This document shows, piece by piece, positions 23,186-37,932 of a DNA stretch of 64,000 bases (position 1 is its first letter; each line of letters starts with the position of its first letter). The notes beneath the pieces are model-generated. The model was given only the letters and a program-made list of their open reading frames with translations. It did no database searches and had not been told where the DNA came from. The stretch is taken from assembly GCA_951406725.2 (NCBI GenBank), contig OX597830.1, positions 59,644,001 through 59,708,000 on the forward strand, given 5' to 3'. This DNA comes from Octopus vulgaris. Its lineage: Eukaryota. Position numbers and translations under genes: made by a program.

Positions 23186-24194
23186 TGTGTGTGCAAGTTT
23201 AAACTAATTTCATTAAACATTTTTTCTTATTACCTTATACGTTTTTATGCTCAATTTGGAACAATACTATTCTGAAGTTCAAAATGTTTCAAGGCGTCCT
23301 CAGCATCACCTTCTGAATGAAATGATGATAGAGGAACCAAGGAACAATGAAACTGATAGTATTACTAATGCTTGATCTAACATTGGCTACTTTCATAGAG
23401 TATTTTGTGTGAGCTCTTTCCATGCATCAATATTTTGTTTGTATCATCTTTACCTAGATTTTTATTACATGTTCTGTATGTAATGTACAGTGATGGTTCT
23501 TTGTTGAAAATGCATAGTCAACTAATGAACAAAGTGTAACAGTTTAAGTCTTTAAGTTTGCAACTTACACATTTACATTGAAATTTGTATATTACATTGG
23601 TTTCTAAAACATGTTCTATGGCTTACAGGCTTGTCATTTTATATTTATGAGAAAGCTTTTCATTCTGGTGCTTTTATAATATATTCTATTACTTGTGGTT
23701 AATTTTAATACATATGTTCTAATTATGAGATTTTTAACGAGACAAATTCATACAGTCTATAAATAGAATGCATTAGATTTATGTAGTATTGTGTATGTGT
23801 GGTTATACTGGGTACTGTATCTGTTATGGGAATTTATTCTTGCAGTATGTTATTAGGAAAATATAAATCAAATCTGAGCACACAGATATAGTACAGGTGA
23901 AATAAACTTCATAAGTAACCAGAAAGTTAACAGTTAAACAAATGCTAAATCTAGGAATGATGGTTTTATCAGTTAGAACATCATTCCTGGGATTCCTGGT
24001 TGGCTCCTGCAAAACACAATATGCTGCTATCATCATAGTATTCTGATGAGCCTAAGAATATGTTGGAATGCTGGAGGACTTAGAAATGTTAGAAGGACTT
24101 CCAAGCTAAACATTAAACAACTGATAAGAAAATATGAAAAATCCTTTGTAAAAACAGATTCAAACGCCGCAAACATATTTCTGGTGTATGTATA

Positions 24195-24243
<49 letters not shown>

Positions 24244-24356
24244 ATCTTATTGTATGCATTGCTCGAAGGCAGTGCAACAAAAGTTGTCAACATGTCAAAA
24301 CCAGGAATTAAACCAGACTCACATAAAATTTCCATTTAATGTGCTTTGAACATGTA

Positions 24357-24390
<34 letters not shown>

Positions 24391-24614
24391 TATATACTGA
24401 CAGACACACACATAAACATATACATGAATACACACACACACACATTTAATATATAACATATATAAAATATATACATATACATACATACATACATACACAC
24501 ATATATTATTTTATTTACACATATATTTGTATGTAAATGTATGTGTATAAATGAGATGTGGATGCATAAATCTGTACATTTGAGTAATTTGTGTGATAGA
24601 GAATGAGAGTACAT

Positions 24615-24622
24615 ACATCTAG

Positions 24623-24680
<58 letters not shown>

Positions 24681-24683
24681 TAG

Positions 24684-24727
<44 letters not shown>

Positions 24728-24860
24728 CTAGATGTATATATATATATATACACATCTAGATGTATATATACATATACACATCTAGATGTATATTATATAC
24801 ACATCTAGTGTATATATATATATATAGATATATATATATATACATCTAGATGTATATATA
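24615..24860. repeat. Minisatellite of ACATCTAGATGT palindromes separated by (TA)n/(CA)n
   Basis: CATCTAGATG or a close variant recurs about 7 times. Confidence 0.85.
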
Positions 24861-24862
24861 TG

Positions 24863-24911
<49 letters not shown>

Positions 24912-25375
24912 TTATTTATTTATTTATTATACAGCCTTGACTAGTGAGAGAATGACATTATGCCTTATACTATGTGTGTATATGCATGGGAGTAGTAGTA
25001 GCAGTAGGAAAAGCAACAGCAGTATTAAAGTATTTCTCTGTGTGTTCCAACTTCTAGGTATGTTACCTTTAGTAGGGGGGGAATTTGTGAAATATGATAC
25101 TGCAAATTTTCTTATTATATTTTATTTTGCTATTCTTTATTTTACCCTTCTTCTTCTCTTTTATCCTGTGTTTTATTCTACCCAAAGGCACTGAGCGTGA
25201 ACTCCTAAAATTTTCTCTTTTCACTTGTTGGAGAAAAATCGTTGGAAAAAGGATTTTGAAAATAAAATTGATAATATTTAAGAATAATGGCCTATTGATT
25301 TATTCATTTTTCTTTCATCTATTACTGTCTGTCTTCCTTGATGTCTGTTCATGAGTCTCCAAGTATGTTTATGCT

Positions 25376-25415
<40 letters not shown>

Positions 25416-25422
25416 CATAATA

Positions 25423-25787
25423 GGCACAGGAGTGGTTGTGTGGTAAGAAGCTTGCTTCCCAACCACATGGTTCCGGGTTCAGACCAAAGCCTTGTGAGTG
25501 GCTTTGGTAGATGGAAACTGAAAGAAGCCCATCATATATATATATATATATGTGTGTTTGTGTGTGTGTGTGTGTGTGTGTATTTGTTGTTTGTGTCTGT
25601 GTTTGTTCCTCCACCATCACTTGATAACCGATGTGTATTTTACATCCCTGTCACTTAGCGGTTCGGTAAAAAGAGACTGGTAGAATAAGTACTAGGCTTA
25701 CAAAGAATAAGTCTTGGGGTTAATTTGTTCGACTAAAGGCGGTGCTCCAGCATGGCCGCAGTCAAATGACTGAAACAAGTAAAAGAA
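25423..25787 (+). mobile_element. SINE family A with internal deletion; a further degenerate head follows at ~25840-25950
   Basis: Head GGCACAGGAGTGGTTGTGTGGTAAG; tail GTCAAATGACTGAAACAAGTAAAAGA. Confidence 0.85.
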
Positions 25788-26194
25788 TGCATAAATGTAG
25801 AGAGAGAGAGAAAGAGAGAGAGAAGAGAATGATAGAATAGGCACAGGCATGAGTGTATGGTTAAGACATTCACTTAACAACCACGTGGTTTCAGGTTCAA
25901 TCCCTGTATGCAGCACATCTACTATGGCCCCAATTCACCTAATGCACTGTGAGTCATTACTGACTAACACTCTTTTAATTCTGTACTAGTTTCTATCACT
26001 GCAGTCATGCTGGAGCAACATTTGTGAAGGGTTTGATTGATCAAATCAATACCAGCCCTTAATGACTCACACTAATTCTATTGGTTTCAAATTGCTGACT
26101 GCTATGTCACAGAGGGCATAAACAAACCAACAGCACACACACACATATGTATTATGCATGTGCACATGTGTGGAAAGAGGCCAGTAAAATGATT

Positions 26195-26247
<53 letters not shown>

Positions 26248-26476
26248 AAGTAAGATAGGGGTTATGGAAGTAACCCACTATGGGGTATCAGTTATCCAAT
26301 ATACTGCTGGTAAAGTACCCAAATACTAAATACATAAATGCTTATAATTGCAATGCAATTAATTCATTTATTGTATTGAATGGGTGAAAGTAAAAAATAT
26401 TTTACCGTAAATTCATAATACAAATAAGAAAATGGAGGAACAAATTCATTTCGATCATCAACTTACGGATATTACA

Positions 26477-26527
<51 letters not shown>

Positions 26528-28660
26528 TAGAAATGGAAACCAAAATAATTAAATTGAATAATTTAATCATTAAACGATAAAGTTGATTCAATCTTATTAT
26601 TTTATACAAACAAATGAGACATCTGGTAAATTACAGCTGGTTCTGCATCATTAAAAAATAACAGGTTCTTCAAGATTAATAGAATACCATTTTAGATACC
26701 GACTGTTACTCAGTTTCAGTTGAATGTCCATCAGTTACATTTCCTATGTTACCAAACTCAATGATAAGGCATTGGGACTGAATCAGAATCCATAGCCTTA
26801 ACACAGCTATGTCTAGTCTTATACACACAGCCAAATAAATGCCTGTGGTTAAGGAGTTTACTCCACATGCACATGGCTTCTGCTTCAGTCCCAAAATGCA
26901 GCAACCTCAGGGAGACATATTTTAAATACTAAAACTGGAACAAAATACAGGGGTCAAGCTGATCAACTGAACCCTTTATGGAGTTGCTCAAGGATGGCTT
27001 CAATCCAATGACTGAAACATGTAAAATTATGAGAATATATATATGAATGTTCAAAGGAGATGCATTTGCCAAAGTGCAGAGTACTCAATATTTTATAATT
27101 ATAAAGCTTTGGCAATCTATTGTTAGAGTTAATACTCCAACAGTTCAAACATCTGTCATCAGTAAGACAATTATCTTGGTTCTTGTACAGCCCCAACTGA
27201 TGTGTTTTGAGTTAAAAACATGTCATCTTTACTTCTGCTTGGGGTATTCTGGGCTTTCTGAGAAAAAAGTTTTGTTCTTCTCTTTGCTTTCAATTCTCTT
27301 AAATTTATGGTCAAAGGGAAATAACTGATAAACTAAAGGCATCATGCCCCTTAATAATTTATTACAACTGAAATAATCAGAAGATAACACCTGCACATGG
27401 TTCAGTTAAAAAAAAGAAATTTCTATTTCAATAAAAGGGAAAGAAAAATATTAAAGAAAGGTAGGGAAGGAAGGAGAGAAAGAGAAAACATAAAAGGAAA
27501 ATGTGAAGCAATTTTTAAAATTCAGTATCCATGCACTCACTACTGACACCTGTTTCATTCAGAATGTATTCAAGTTACATAATATGAACTTATCAAGGTG
27601 CATATAGTTGTCAAATATCTCATACTTGTCTTCTATATATTTTTTTCACTTCAGTTTTTTTTTTCTCCTCCCCAGTGCAAAAGCAGCATCTTTTCCTGTC
27701 ATCTACACAAGGCCTGGATCTTTGCAACTTTTTTCTTTCAAGACCAGGTGTTACACATTACATTTCAGTTATAATTGTCTCTGACAAAAAAGGTTTGATT
27801 GTAAATTCACTTCTATGTCCCTTTTGTTATAACACAATAATAGAACATCAGGATGTTGCCATGGTTGGATCAATTGATTTAAGCTCTGCTTCATAAACGA
27901 TGACTTATGTATTGCAGGATTTATTCAACTAACATCTTACTATTGTTTCTACATAAGAAACCTGTGATAGTTGATATGACATACTTATGGCAAATAATTT
28001 GCTTCATATTGGTGCTGCAGTTAAAACTGTCCATAAGGTTTGGTTTTGTTGAACAATTTTCTATTTGTATGGCTAGTGGAGAAGTGTTCACTTATTGAAT
28101 TTAGGAGGATGTTTCTTTTTCCTTTTTACTTAAGGTTTACCGAGAAATGGGGTGCAATATTTAACTTCCACATTAAATATATACATGTCCTTTCTTTTTG
28201 TTTAGAAACCTATCTCTGTCTAAGTGTGCATGTCTTTCCTACAGCTTTTTCCTCTTCTGTACTTTCTTCTTTCTCTCTCGATGTAGTTCGATAAACTCTA
28301 TAAGGACCGCGCGTGCACATAGAGTGGGCAAAAAGTCATGCACCAAAACATTTGACATTTTACTTATATTATGCCGTTATAATTATTATTAATTTCGTTC
28401 ATCATGTACAAATACGTGCGTATTCATCGTTATTTTATTTTGTTCAATTTTAGAAAACTTGAAGCATGTCTGACAATTCTGGAATGTATCGAATGGAGCG
28501 TGACTTTTGACCCACCCTGTGTGTGTGCGAGCGCACATGGTTTATGCATCATATTATGCATACATGTATGTAAATTATATTTAAATATGTGAACAGGTAT
28601 ATGCCTAATTCTTTCTATAAAATTTATGTATTGTGTGACAAGACTTAATTTTCTTTGGAC

Positions 28661-28704
<44 letters not shown>

Positions 28705-30194
28705 GAGAATGCGTGAGTGTGTGTGAGATTTGTGTATAAAATGTATTTCTCTGAAGTTCTGAGGATCATTCAAGTATCAGTTGTTATCTGCGGTTTCATG
28801 GTTTTAAGTAGAAGATGAGAGATAAATTTCCTGCGATTGACCTATCTCAGATATTTTACTAACCACAAGAGGTTAATGAGTGAGCGCTGATCTAACACAT
28901 AAGAAAATCTCAACGTAATTTGAACCCCAAATATATCGATTTGAATATTTCGCTTAATTATAAAACCACTACAAGAAAAAGATAGTTGTTTCGGTGTGGA
29001 ATAACCCAACTTTTCTTAAATGCCATATTGAGATTTCTATGCGCGCGCATCCTGATCATCAAGTAATATATCGATACGTACGAACTGTAATGCTACCTGA
29101 GTGTCACTGTTTCAGAGCTTTCAACAATCACTCACCTTTCACCCAGGCCACCGAGCCCTGTTTGCGTAGAGCATCCAGGTTACGTTTAATAAATAAGGTA
29201 ACCAAAAGATATGGAGGAAAAAAATTGTCAGGGGCAATAGAGGTTAGTTTGACTTCGATAGGATTTGAACTCAGAATAACTAAATTATGTAAGACATTCA
29301 GTCAAGCAGGCCACCAATTAACCATCCAATGTAATCAAATGAGAGGTAATATCGGCAGAACGGCTAACATTTTATCAACACTTGAGAGGTGAAAGACAAA
29401 GCTAAACCCTGTAAAAGAGTCATAACTAAATAGTATAATACACTTTGCCCAGTTATAAACTCATTGAGAACAGAAAAGAAAAATACATACAAGTAGAGAA
29501 CTTTTTAATTTGAACACAAATAAAATATGATGGAGAGGAAGGAAAAATAAGTAGAAGAAAGGTGAAAAAAGGATAAAACGGTTGATGATAGAAAGGGAAA
29601 GAGATAGAAAGTAGCCATGATTACACAGGAAAGAAACGACATAAGAAAAGAGAAAGTGATTCAATAAAGATAGAAAAGAAAAGATTATTTATATATATAT
29701 AGGGAGAATAAGAGACAGAAAGAGGAGGAACAGAGAGAGAGAGAGAGAGAATAGCAGAAGATAATCTAGGAAAGAAGACGTTATCAGAAACAGATAGCGA
29801 AATAGAATAAAAAAAGAAATGAAACAGAGGTAGTGAGTGTACGGTTTTATTGACGTTTCAATTTGATGTAACTGCTGTCTGGTCTGCTTAAACTCGACCA
29901 GCCTAATGCATTCAGTACAATACGTAATGGCGATGTCGGTGTGTCGGTGAAGAGAGTGGGGATAAGAGAGGTAGTCAGACAAGAGGGAGAAAATAGAGAA
30001 AGAACGAAGACATAGTGCTACCATTAGTTATCAAGGTCGTCGCACCCACCGTTGCCAATATGGTTGAAATCGCTATGGCCACCATTTTTCACATATCATA
30101 TGGCAGCCGACATTACCTTACATGAAGGTTTTACATAAAGCTTACATTTTAGATAACTTCATAGATAATTTAACTATCAGTGTGTGTGTGCTAT

Positions 30195-30379
30195 ATTGGT
30201 TTCAAATGTTGGCAAACAGCCAGCAATTGCGGAGGAGGAATAAGTCGATTACATTGACCCCAGTGCTTAACTGGTACTTATTTTATCGACCCCGGCGACA
30301 TTTGAACTCAAAACGCAAAGTCGGAAGAAACACTGCAACGTTTTGTCCAGAGCGTTAACGATTTTCCAGTTTGCCGCCT
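30195..30379 (-). mobile_element. SINE family B, diverged
   Basis: TAAGTCGATTACATTGACCCCAGTGCTTAACTGGTACTTATTTTATCGACCCC. Confidence 0.7.
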
Positions 30380-31081
30380 TTTGTATGTGTGTGTGTGTTA
30401 ACCACATAAACGTGAATGCCTATTTATACAGGAATTGTTCCTGATAAATGGCAGTTCGATTCTCAATTACAAAGACCAAGGTTCAATCACGCTGCTCGGC
30501 TACTTGGGCACAGTTTACTAAAGGAATTAATCCATACTTATAAATGCAAAAAGGTAGGCGGGAACTGGGCCGTCTTCGAAATGGAAATCAACTTCAAACA
30601 GAGAAATGCATTATGGTTATAAGGGTTTGAGGAATACTAGCTACTTAACCACTACTTCAATGAGTTGATTGAACAAATGAAAAAAATACGGTTGAAATTT
30701 CTCATCGATATGTGCGCATGGATGTACATGTCCAGTATAATGGAAATGTTGCCCTCTTACAATCTTGGTCGTAATCTGGAATTCTGTAATGTGAAACTCG
30801 TGTTACATGGAAGTCGAAGAGAAAATGCGGTTCGTGTTACTCAACCATGTTAATGCAACATCATTCACTCAACGCCTTTATATTACTTAGGAAAAAGGGA
30901 TAATACATGTGGCCTACCCATGCCTTCTGCGGGCAATGAGAGTGATGCCGTCATTGTTCTTGCACACACGTATAATACCGTATCCAATGCCAAGTTCACA
31001 CCAATAAGGAAGAAAACCTATATCGAGACCTCAAAACTACGTATTCTTTGCGAGATAGACGATGAGAGCAGAGAGAGGGGA

Positions 31082-31141
<60 letters not shown>

Positions 31142-32422
31142 AGAGAGAGAGAGAGACAGACAGAGACGAGAGGGAGGGATATATCTATCTTATCTATCTA
31201 TACACGCGCGCGCGCATATATACATGTATGGCTGAATATATAAGGATTAATTTATAATGGATTAATATTTATAAATGTACAAAGATTAATATTTATCAGG
31301 TGGGTAATATGTATGTATATATATATATAAATGATAGCCATATATAAAATGTGTTAGCGCTTATATAATTGGGAAGAAAAACGACTAACAATAACAATCC
31401 TCATAATCTGCCAAGTATTATCAGTGAGTTGGGGTTTTTATTTTATTTTTTATAAAGCTTATGAAGAAGGCCTTAGTATGTCGTATTTAAGCGGTGCAAA
31501 CTTCATTGCGGCATAGCAAGAAGTAGCAGAGGAAGTGAGAGGAGGAGGAGGGTGAGAGGAGATGAGAGACGGGAGAATGAGTTGAAAGATAGCAAATAGT
31601 GAGAGAGAGGCAGAGGAAGAAGAGGAATAAAACAGAGGCAGAGGCTTACTTTGTTAAGTAGGGGGGGAGCAAGTGTAAAAAGCAAGAGAGAACAGAAGTT
31701 AAGTAAAGATTTTTTTAAACCAGGAAAAAGATATAAGGGGGGAAAAAATCAAGAGGTTTTTGAGGCTTGTAGACTGAAAGACAGACGTGAATTTTAGTAG
31801 ATGAGGGAGGAGAGGAGGCGGTAATAAGAAAGGCAAATTTTACGTTGAGGAATAAAATTTAGAGGTAAAAAAAAACTAAAACTTACACATTAAATGTGTA
31901 CAAACTCATAAACGTACACACACACAAAATGACAGGTGTATCTGTGTATGCATGGAATTGGACACTTCTAATACAAAGATCTACTTTAAGCTATCCCCTC
32001 ATTAATTATCATACAAATTATTCTTAAATTTTTTTTTTTTTTTTTTTTTTAAAGTATATTTCGTTAAAGAGGTGAAATACGACCGGCACCTATCCGTAAC
32101 AACCTCCTTCCCGGTTAACAAAGGTAAGAATTTCCACGTAAACACAAAATATATCATAGAAAATCAATTCTGAATATCTCGAAATTATCTGCTCTTGACC
32201 TTGAGAGTCGATATATAATAATTAACGATAGTATTTTTTGCGTAGGTCACTCATTACATGACTGGCAACTTGAATAATATGTATGCGCATGCATACTAAT
32301 TTTAAATCATTAAAGTACACGTAATAATTTGTATATCTGCCATGAAAGATTACATCCATGTACGTATGCAAATGTCGAACGACGAGAATTAGTGCTCATT
32401 GGTGGATAAAATTTCTTCATTT

Positions 32423-32700
32423 GTGTATTAAGGCTACCGTTGGTTTCATGTCAAGAAAAATATCTTAATATTCAAACCGATCACGAAATGGAGACGAACA
32501 CCATTCCTCCATGTTATTTTGTAAATTTTTTAATTCGCCTTTTTTTGTAAACCCATTCGTATATCTGACCCCACATCAGATTGTATTGTCCCCTCTATGT
32601 TCGCCCCTTGTGGGTAATAATAAAACAATTCCTCCATGTTATTGGTTTGAAACATTAAGATATTTTTCTTAACATGAAACCAATGGTATCCTTAGTACAC
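32423..32700. mobile_element. Fold-back/MITE with ~60-bp arms, interrupted by a 5'-truncated retroposon carrying a 16-bp TSD
   Basis: Arms GTGTATTAAGGCTACCGTTGGTTTCATGTCAAGAAAAATATCTTAAT / ATTAAGATATTTTTCTTAACATGAAACCAATGGTATCCTTAGTACAC. TSD ATTCCTCCATGTTATT at 32503-32518 and 32628-32643. Confidence 0.8.
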
Positions 32701-34519
32701 ACACACACACACATTTTGCATTATATAAAGCCTAAGATAATTTAATAATCAAGAATTCATGCTGTATATTTGATATACTTGTATGTCTGAGTTGCTCATG
32801 TGCATAACACTGGTAACTCCTGAGGAACATGTTGCTCACTGGTAACTCCTCAGTTACTTCTCTTCGCACACTTTTGTTTAATGTATGTAAATTATCAACC
32901 CCATACATGTATTAAACCCTTTTTGTATATGTCTATTTTCCTTCGCTGCTGGAGGTAGGTTAGAATAATAATCGTACAGATGAAGCCTATTGGGGTCAAA
33001 AACCTATGTCCACAACTCCTACTCCTTAATGGCAGGTCATGTTCGGGGAATTCTTGAGATTATCACCAGCTCCCATATGGAGCTGTTCTCAGTTGTCCAT
33101 TTGCCAATTGTGACGTCCTCGAGAAGGGATAATTTTAAGAAATCAAGAATTTATGCAGTATGCAATTTGATATATACACATGTATTAGTCTAGGCTTATA
33201 AATGAATACATATAACATTTCATATGTGCAAAAACATACACACACACACACACACACACAAATACCTACTAATGTTAACACCCCATCTTAAATGCAGCGT
33301 TCTGACAATGATATGGGAGTTTTAGTAATTCACTGATGTAAGGCGATAGACGATGAAATACACGAGACGAGGCGAGTAAATGAGAGATGGAAGTTTGAGA
33401 TGAAAGTTTGAGAATCACTGATATAAAGTTTTCCTGTTTCGCCTGGAGTATGTCCAGTTCTTGTTCAGCAAGAAGCGAGGTCAAGTCATCATCCGTCTTT
33501 TTGTTTATGAGACATTACATTATCTTAGGCACAGTGTATCTAGCATTACATTAGCCAATGTGTGTGGCTTTTTGGGGGTTTCTTTTATTAATATGAATTT
33601 GGGTTTAACTTGAGAGAAAAGGCTATTACTGCTTGTAAGTTTGAAGTATTTGCCCACAGCAAACTATTTGTGGTTGGTGTATGTTGTTGCTTAGCTCCAA
33701 CTAAGCGTTGCTCAAACAGCCCTGTGATGGAAGACATTCCAACTATGGCCATCCGATAGTACCATTTCGGAATGTGCGACCTCTTTCCTCAAGACAGATA
33801 TGTGAGATGATGTGGCGGCATTTTTCAGTTTATCGAACGACCACGTAAAAGTTCTCCCGTGTACTTGTGTGTGTATGTGTGCGCGAGACTGTTTCCGAGA
33901 AGAAACTCAAATATACACAATAATTTCATTATTATTATTATTATTATGAAAATACAAACAAGACCCATAGTACTAATACAATGAGGCCATAGCCAAGGCG
34001 AAATGTCCTCCTTGACCGGAAGTTGGTCGGATGTACGTAATTGTTATCGCTTCACATATTAAATTTATCCGGAAATTATATATAATGGCTTTATACATTT
34101 TGAAAAGTAACAGGAATTTTACTGCAATGGATAATTTCATGAAGAATTCTTTAGCTTAATGGAAATATTTCAACTCTGATGTAAAGAAGGCCGTGAATCG
34201 CTCAACTGACTGAAGTTACCAGAATTATAAAAATATAACAAAGAATAGCGCCATACAAATTGCAAATAAATATTACTTCGACTTAATGAAAATATAGATA
34301 AAGAATGTTCAAATATTTATAAGGAAACCGATACTGTATGTATCTTTGGTTGTCTGACGCCTGTGAGAATGGGAGGATGGGGGGAAATGATGTCAAAATA
34401 AAACAGGGAAATCTTTATACACGTACATACATAACATCTATATGTACAAAAAGCATTTCTTTCCGTTTTCTACCTTATAAACCATTAATACACATTATAT
34501 TTATTTTACTTGGTCTTAA

Positions 34520-35450
34520 CCATTTGAAATGCATTAGCAAATTTAATGTACAGCCAGTTCTCGAATTACCATGTTCTGGATATGCTTCTAAGTAAGAATC
34601 TTTCCACGACTCTGTGTCGTAGCCAGTTTTCGAAATAGCCCATGTATAGCCATGGGTATAAGACAGATAAGACGGTGCCATTGAAGAGAGCGACAAGCAA
34701 GGTCTTACTCGGCTGTGATTTAAGTACATCAATCACCTTCTACGCTGCTTTTACTCTACGTCAAGATTCCAGCGTTTATCCCAAGTAGATGTATCACCAC
34801 TATACGGTCGTGTGTTATGCTTTCGGGCAGCAATATTTTATTTTCATACGATTTGATCCCTACTATACTCAGTGCCCAGCTCTGCAGCTGATTCGAGGTT
34901 TCTGCAATGAGTACAATGACATCTGCAAATCGAGATGTGTTAATATTTCACCGCTGATGCTGAAACCACTTTTCCAATAAATACCTCTGATGACCCTATT
35001 ACGGAGCTTTGAAGAGGTAGTATCTCTTTGATAGCATTCTACGTGTGCAACACTTACAGGTGATGAATGCAGGACTATATCGATGATATATCTCGAGTCG
35101 CGTCACTGGGAGGTTTGCTGTATTGGTAGCTCGACTCCTTGAACCTTCAGCATTCATTTCGAAAACGACATCAACAGACAACTTATACTCTTTCTCTCAT
35201 TCTAGAAGCTGTGTTAGAGTGAATATGTAGTCTACGGTTCTCTAGTACTTCAGAGAACCTGCTTGTTCTCTCGGCTGTCGGTCCTCGAGATGCTTTGATA
35301 GTCTGCTGGTCCTTGTAACCAGCTTGTACAAGGCAAGAGCCATCATGGAGTAACAGCTTTTCACATCTTCCCTATCACCCTTACTATAAGCGAAAATAGT
35401 ATTCGTCTCTTTCCACATCGAGGGTATTTTTTCCTCCTTAACATTTCCGT
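34520..35450 (-). pseudogene. RTE-clade LINE reverse transcriptase relic
   Basis: IPSMWKETNTIFAYSKGDREDVK...LYKLVT...LEDRQPREQAG, DYIFTLTQLLE, GEILTHL/FADVIVLIAE, YIYLG, with many stops and frameshifts. Confidence 0.8.
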
Positions 35451-35454
35451 TGTT

Positions 35455-36118
35455 ATAACCCATTTCTCGTTATCAATCACTATTCGTTCCATAAAAAAGG
35501 TCCATTCGTTAGTCATGACAACAAAGAGCACACATTCACTCTCTGTGTGTGATTAAACTCAGAATGTTTGTGAGGAACCCATTGACCCAATTTGCTGACT
35601 TTTCCAATGGCATGCAGGTTTCGATGAATGGTTAAATGACCAAATCCAAGCTTCTCTGCTAGTTCCTCTACAGTTACGATGGGATTTTGTTCCACCAGGG
35701 TTTGCAGGACGTCCTCGTTGAGCTCTACAGGTCTTCCAGGACGAGGCTCGTCTTCTAGGCTGTAGTTTCCGGCTCGGAATTTCTGGAACCACCATTGGAC
35801 ACTGGTTTACGATTATCGTCCGATCCCCATAAGCTGCATTAATATTCCTAACCTTAACCCTATTCCGTTGCGTTGTTGCCTTTATTGAACTCATAAAGCA
35901 AAATATGCCGAATATGCTCCTTTGTCACTTCCATTATAGCTTTGAAAAGAATGATGAAATCGAACTGCACTCTTCAAAACTTGCATTAAGCATAAGGACA
36001 TGGTAAAATTACAACCTGCTTTTATGGCAAGTTGGGGGCAGGTAGTTTATCCCGTCCTTCTCCGACTTTTAGTTGATGCAATTGAAAAAGCCACATTATT
36101 TATGGGATGATGCAATGT
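35455..36118 (-). pseudogene. mariner transposase relic (5' end and N-terminal half)
   Basis: From ATG 35934: MEVTKEHIRHILLYEFNKGNNATE...WFQKFRAGNYSLEDEPRPGRP...TVEELAEKLG...GQWVPHK...ERIVIDNEKWV. It has the HTH region, WVPHEL-like and TGDEKW-like motifs, and frameshifts. A TIR-like sequence lies at ~36085-36118. Confidence 0.9.
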
Positions 36119-36127
36119 ATGTGTGTA

Positions 36128-36326
36128 GGACGCCATGATAGATCGTTAGCTCCTACACGCATTTTTTCTCTCCTTGTTTCTTTTCTGTGTATCTTTCTGT
36201 TGAAGAGCGTAGGCTCGAAACGTAAAAGACTTTTTCTGTTTCTATTCCTGAGCGCTATACTAATACATTTGTTTGTTAGTACTCCACCTGCCTTCGTCTT
36301 TTGTTTATTTTCGTAAACTTTCCCGT
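36128..36326 (+). mobile_element. Second copy of the 22963-23156 element (hammerhead-like motif 36192-36229, core mutated to CTGTTGA)
   Basis: Direct sequence similarity over ~200 bp; ends in (TA)n. Confidence 0.6.
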
Positions 36327-36710
36327 TATATATATATATATATATATACTGTATCTCATTTATAATAAAATTATACGAAATATAGTGTATAATACGTGTG
36401 TCTTTGTTCATATATTGCGTGTTTATGTATCTGGATTTGAATGTAGCACACAAACACAGCACACATCTGAATTGTACTTTGCAACTGTGTGTGTGTATGC
36501 CTTCCAAGTACACAATAATTCTCAGAAAATATCTGTATATGTTCTGGGGAGTGTATTCGTATATACTAATGTGTGTGTGTGTGTGTTGCTAGTCCATGGA
36601 TATATAGTTTGTGTGTTAATAGATTCATTTCAAAATTCTAATTAATGCATGGCGTCCACGGAAGTACTATCTCACTCATAAATATAGAATTCCATGAATG
36701 GACACTACGA

Positions 36711-36756
<46 letters not shown>

Positions 36757-37932
36757 TATTCATTTGTGTAATATAACAAATAGCAATAATATATACAAAT
36801 ACCCATTGCTCAATTTGTAATAGTGGATTTTAGAAATACTGTTCAACTTATACTTCCCATCATCAAGTTCAAGTATGACGATGCTTCAAGCCAACACCCA
36901 CATACTACGTAGCCATAACAACACAGAATAACATCAGTGTATGTGACATATCATAGTACATATGACATTGTTACATCTTAGAACCGCATATTTCAAAATA
37001 CATAACGATATTACATCATAGCATATAGTAAAATGATATTACATCATAGTAGTAAGCACACCAAAGCATAGCCAATGCAGCCACAGCCGAATGGCTGAAA
37101 GTCAACAATCCCCAGCTAACAAGACACTAGATAACTCGATTTGCTACGAATAACAGGAAAATATCTCCCTTGTATTCTAATGATGGTTTCTATGGAAAAC
37201 AGGAAGACACTATAATATTGCCGCAGATAAACAATTTAAAAAAAGACGAGATGGTCAGAGTTGGCTTGTTTAACCATGAGTTTTCGATCGTTGTCGACCT
37301 AGGGCTAAGCAACAACAACCACTAATACTAGTCTTACTATAACAATTGCAATCTGAATCTCGGGTTTAATTCGTTATAGAATAATCTCATTATTCTCTCC
37401 TCTTACGCACTATTTGCACTCCCTCTTTATATCAGATCTCATTTTCACCTACTCTCACCTTCTTCCTATCTGACTTTCAATTTTCTTCTTTATTAATCCC
37501 TCTCTATCCTATTTTCTTCCTCCCTCCCTATCTTTCTATCTCTTCGTTTTCTCTCTTTCACTTGGGTCTCTCTCTCTCTCGCCATGTATGGCTGTCTCTC
37601 CCATGGCTTGCCTGCAGTCGGTTGCTCCTGAGAGTTTTTTTGATGAAAAGCATTTCAGCCATGACTAACTCATCTTTTTTACATAACGAGGGCCACATTC
37701 ACTAAATGCATCCTTCCCAATTAAAAACAGTAGAACGGTTATTTCAGGGTATATAGCTGCTATTGCTAGAAAGTCGAACGATCGCGTAGAGAGAGACGTC
37801 TTCGTTTATTCGCCTGCTGCTGTTGAAAAACGAGAAGGATGGCGAGACCCGAACTAGCCACAAGCCATTACATGGAGTGATGTCTGAGCTGCGTGAGTGC
37901 TAACTCCCGTAGCTGCAGGCGAAGTTATGTAG

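Noticed and set aside
24615-24860. Palindromic repeats with spacers that superficially resemble a CRISPR array
   Set aside because: The spacers are TA/CA microsatellite, there are no cas genes, and the context is a eukaryotic intron.
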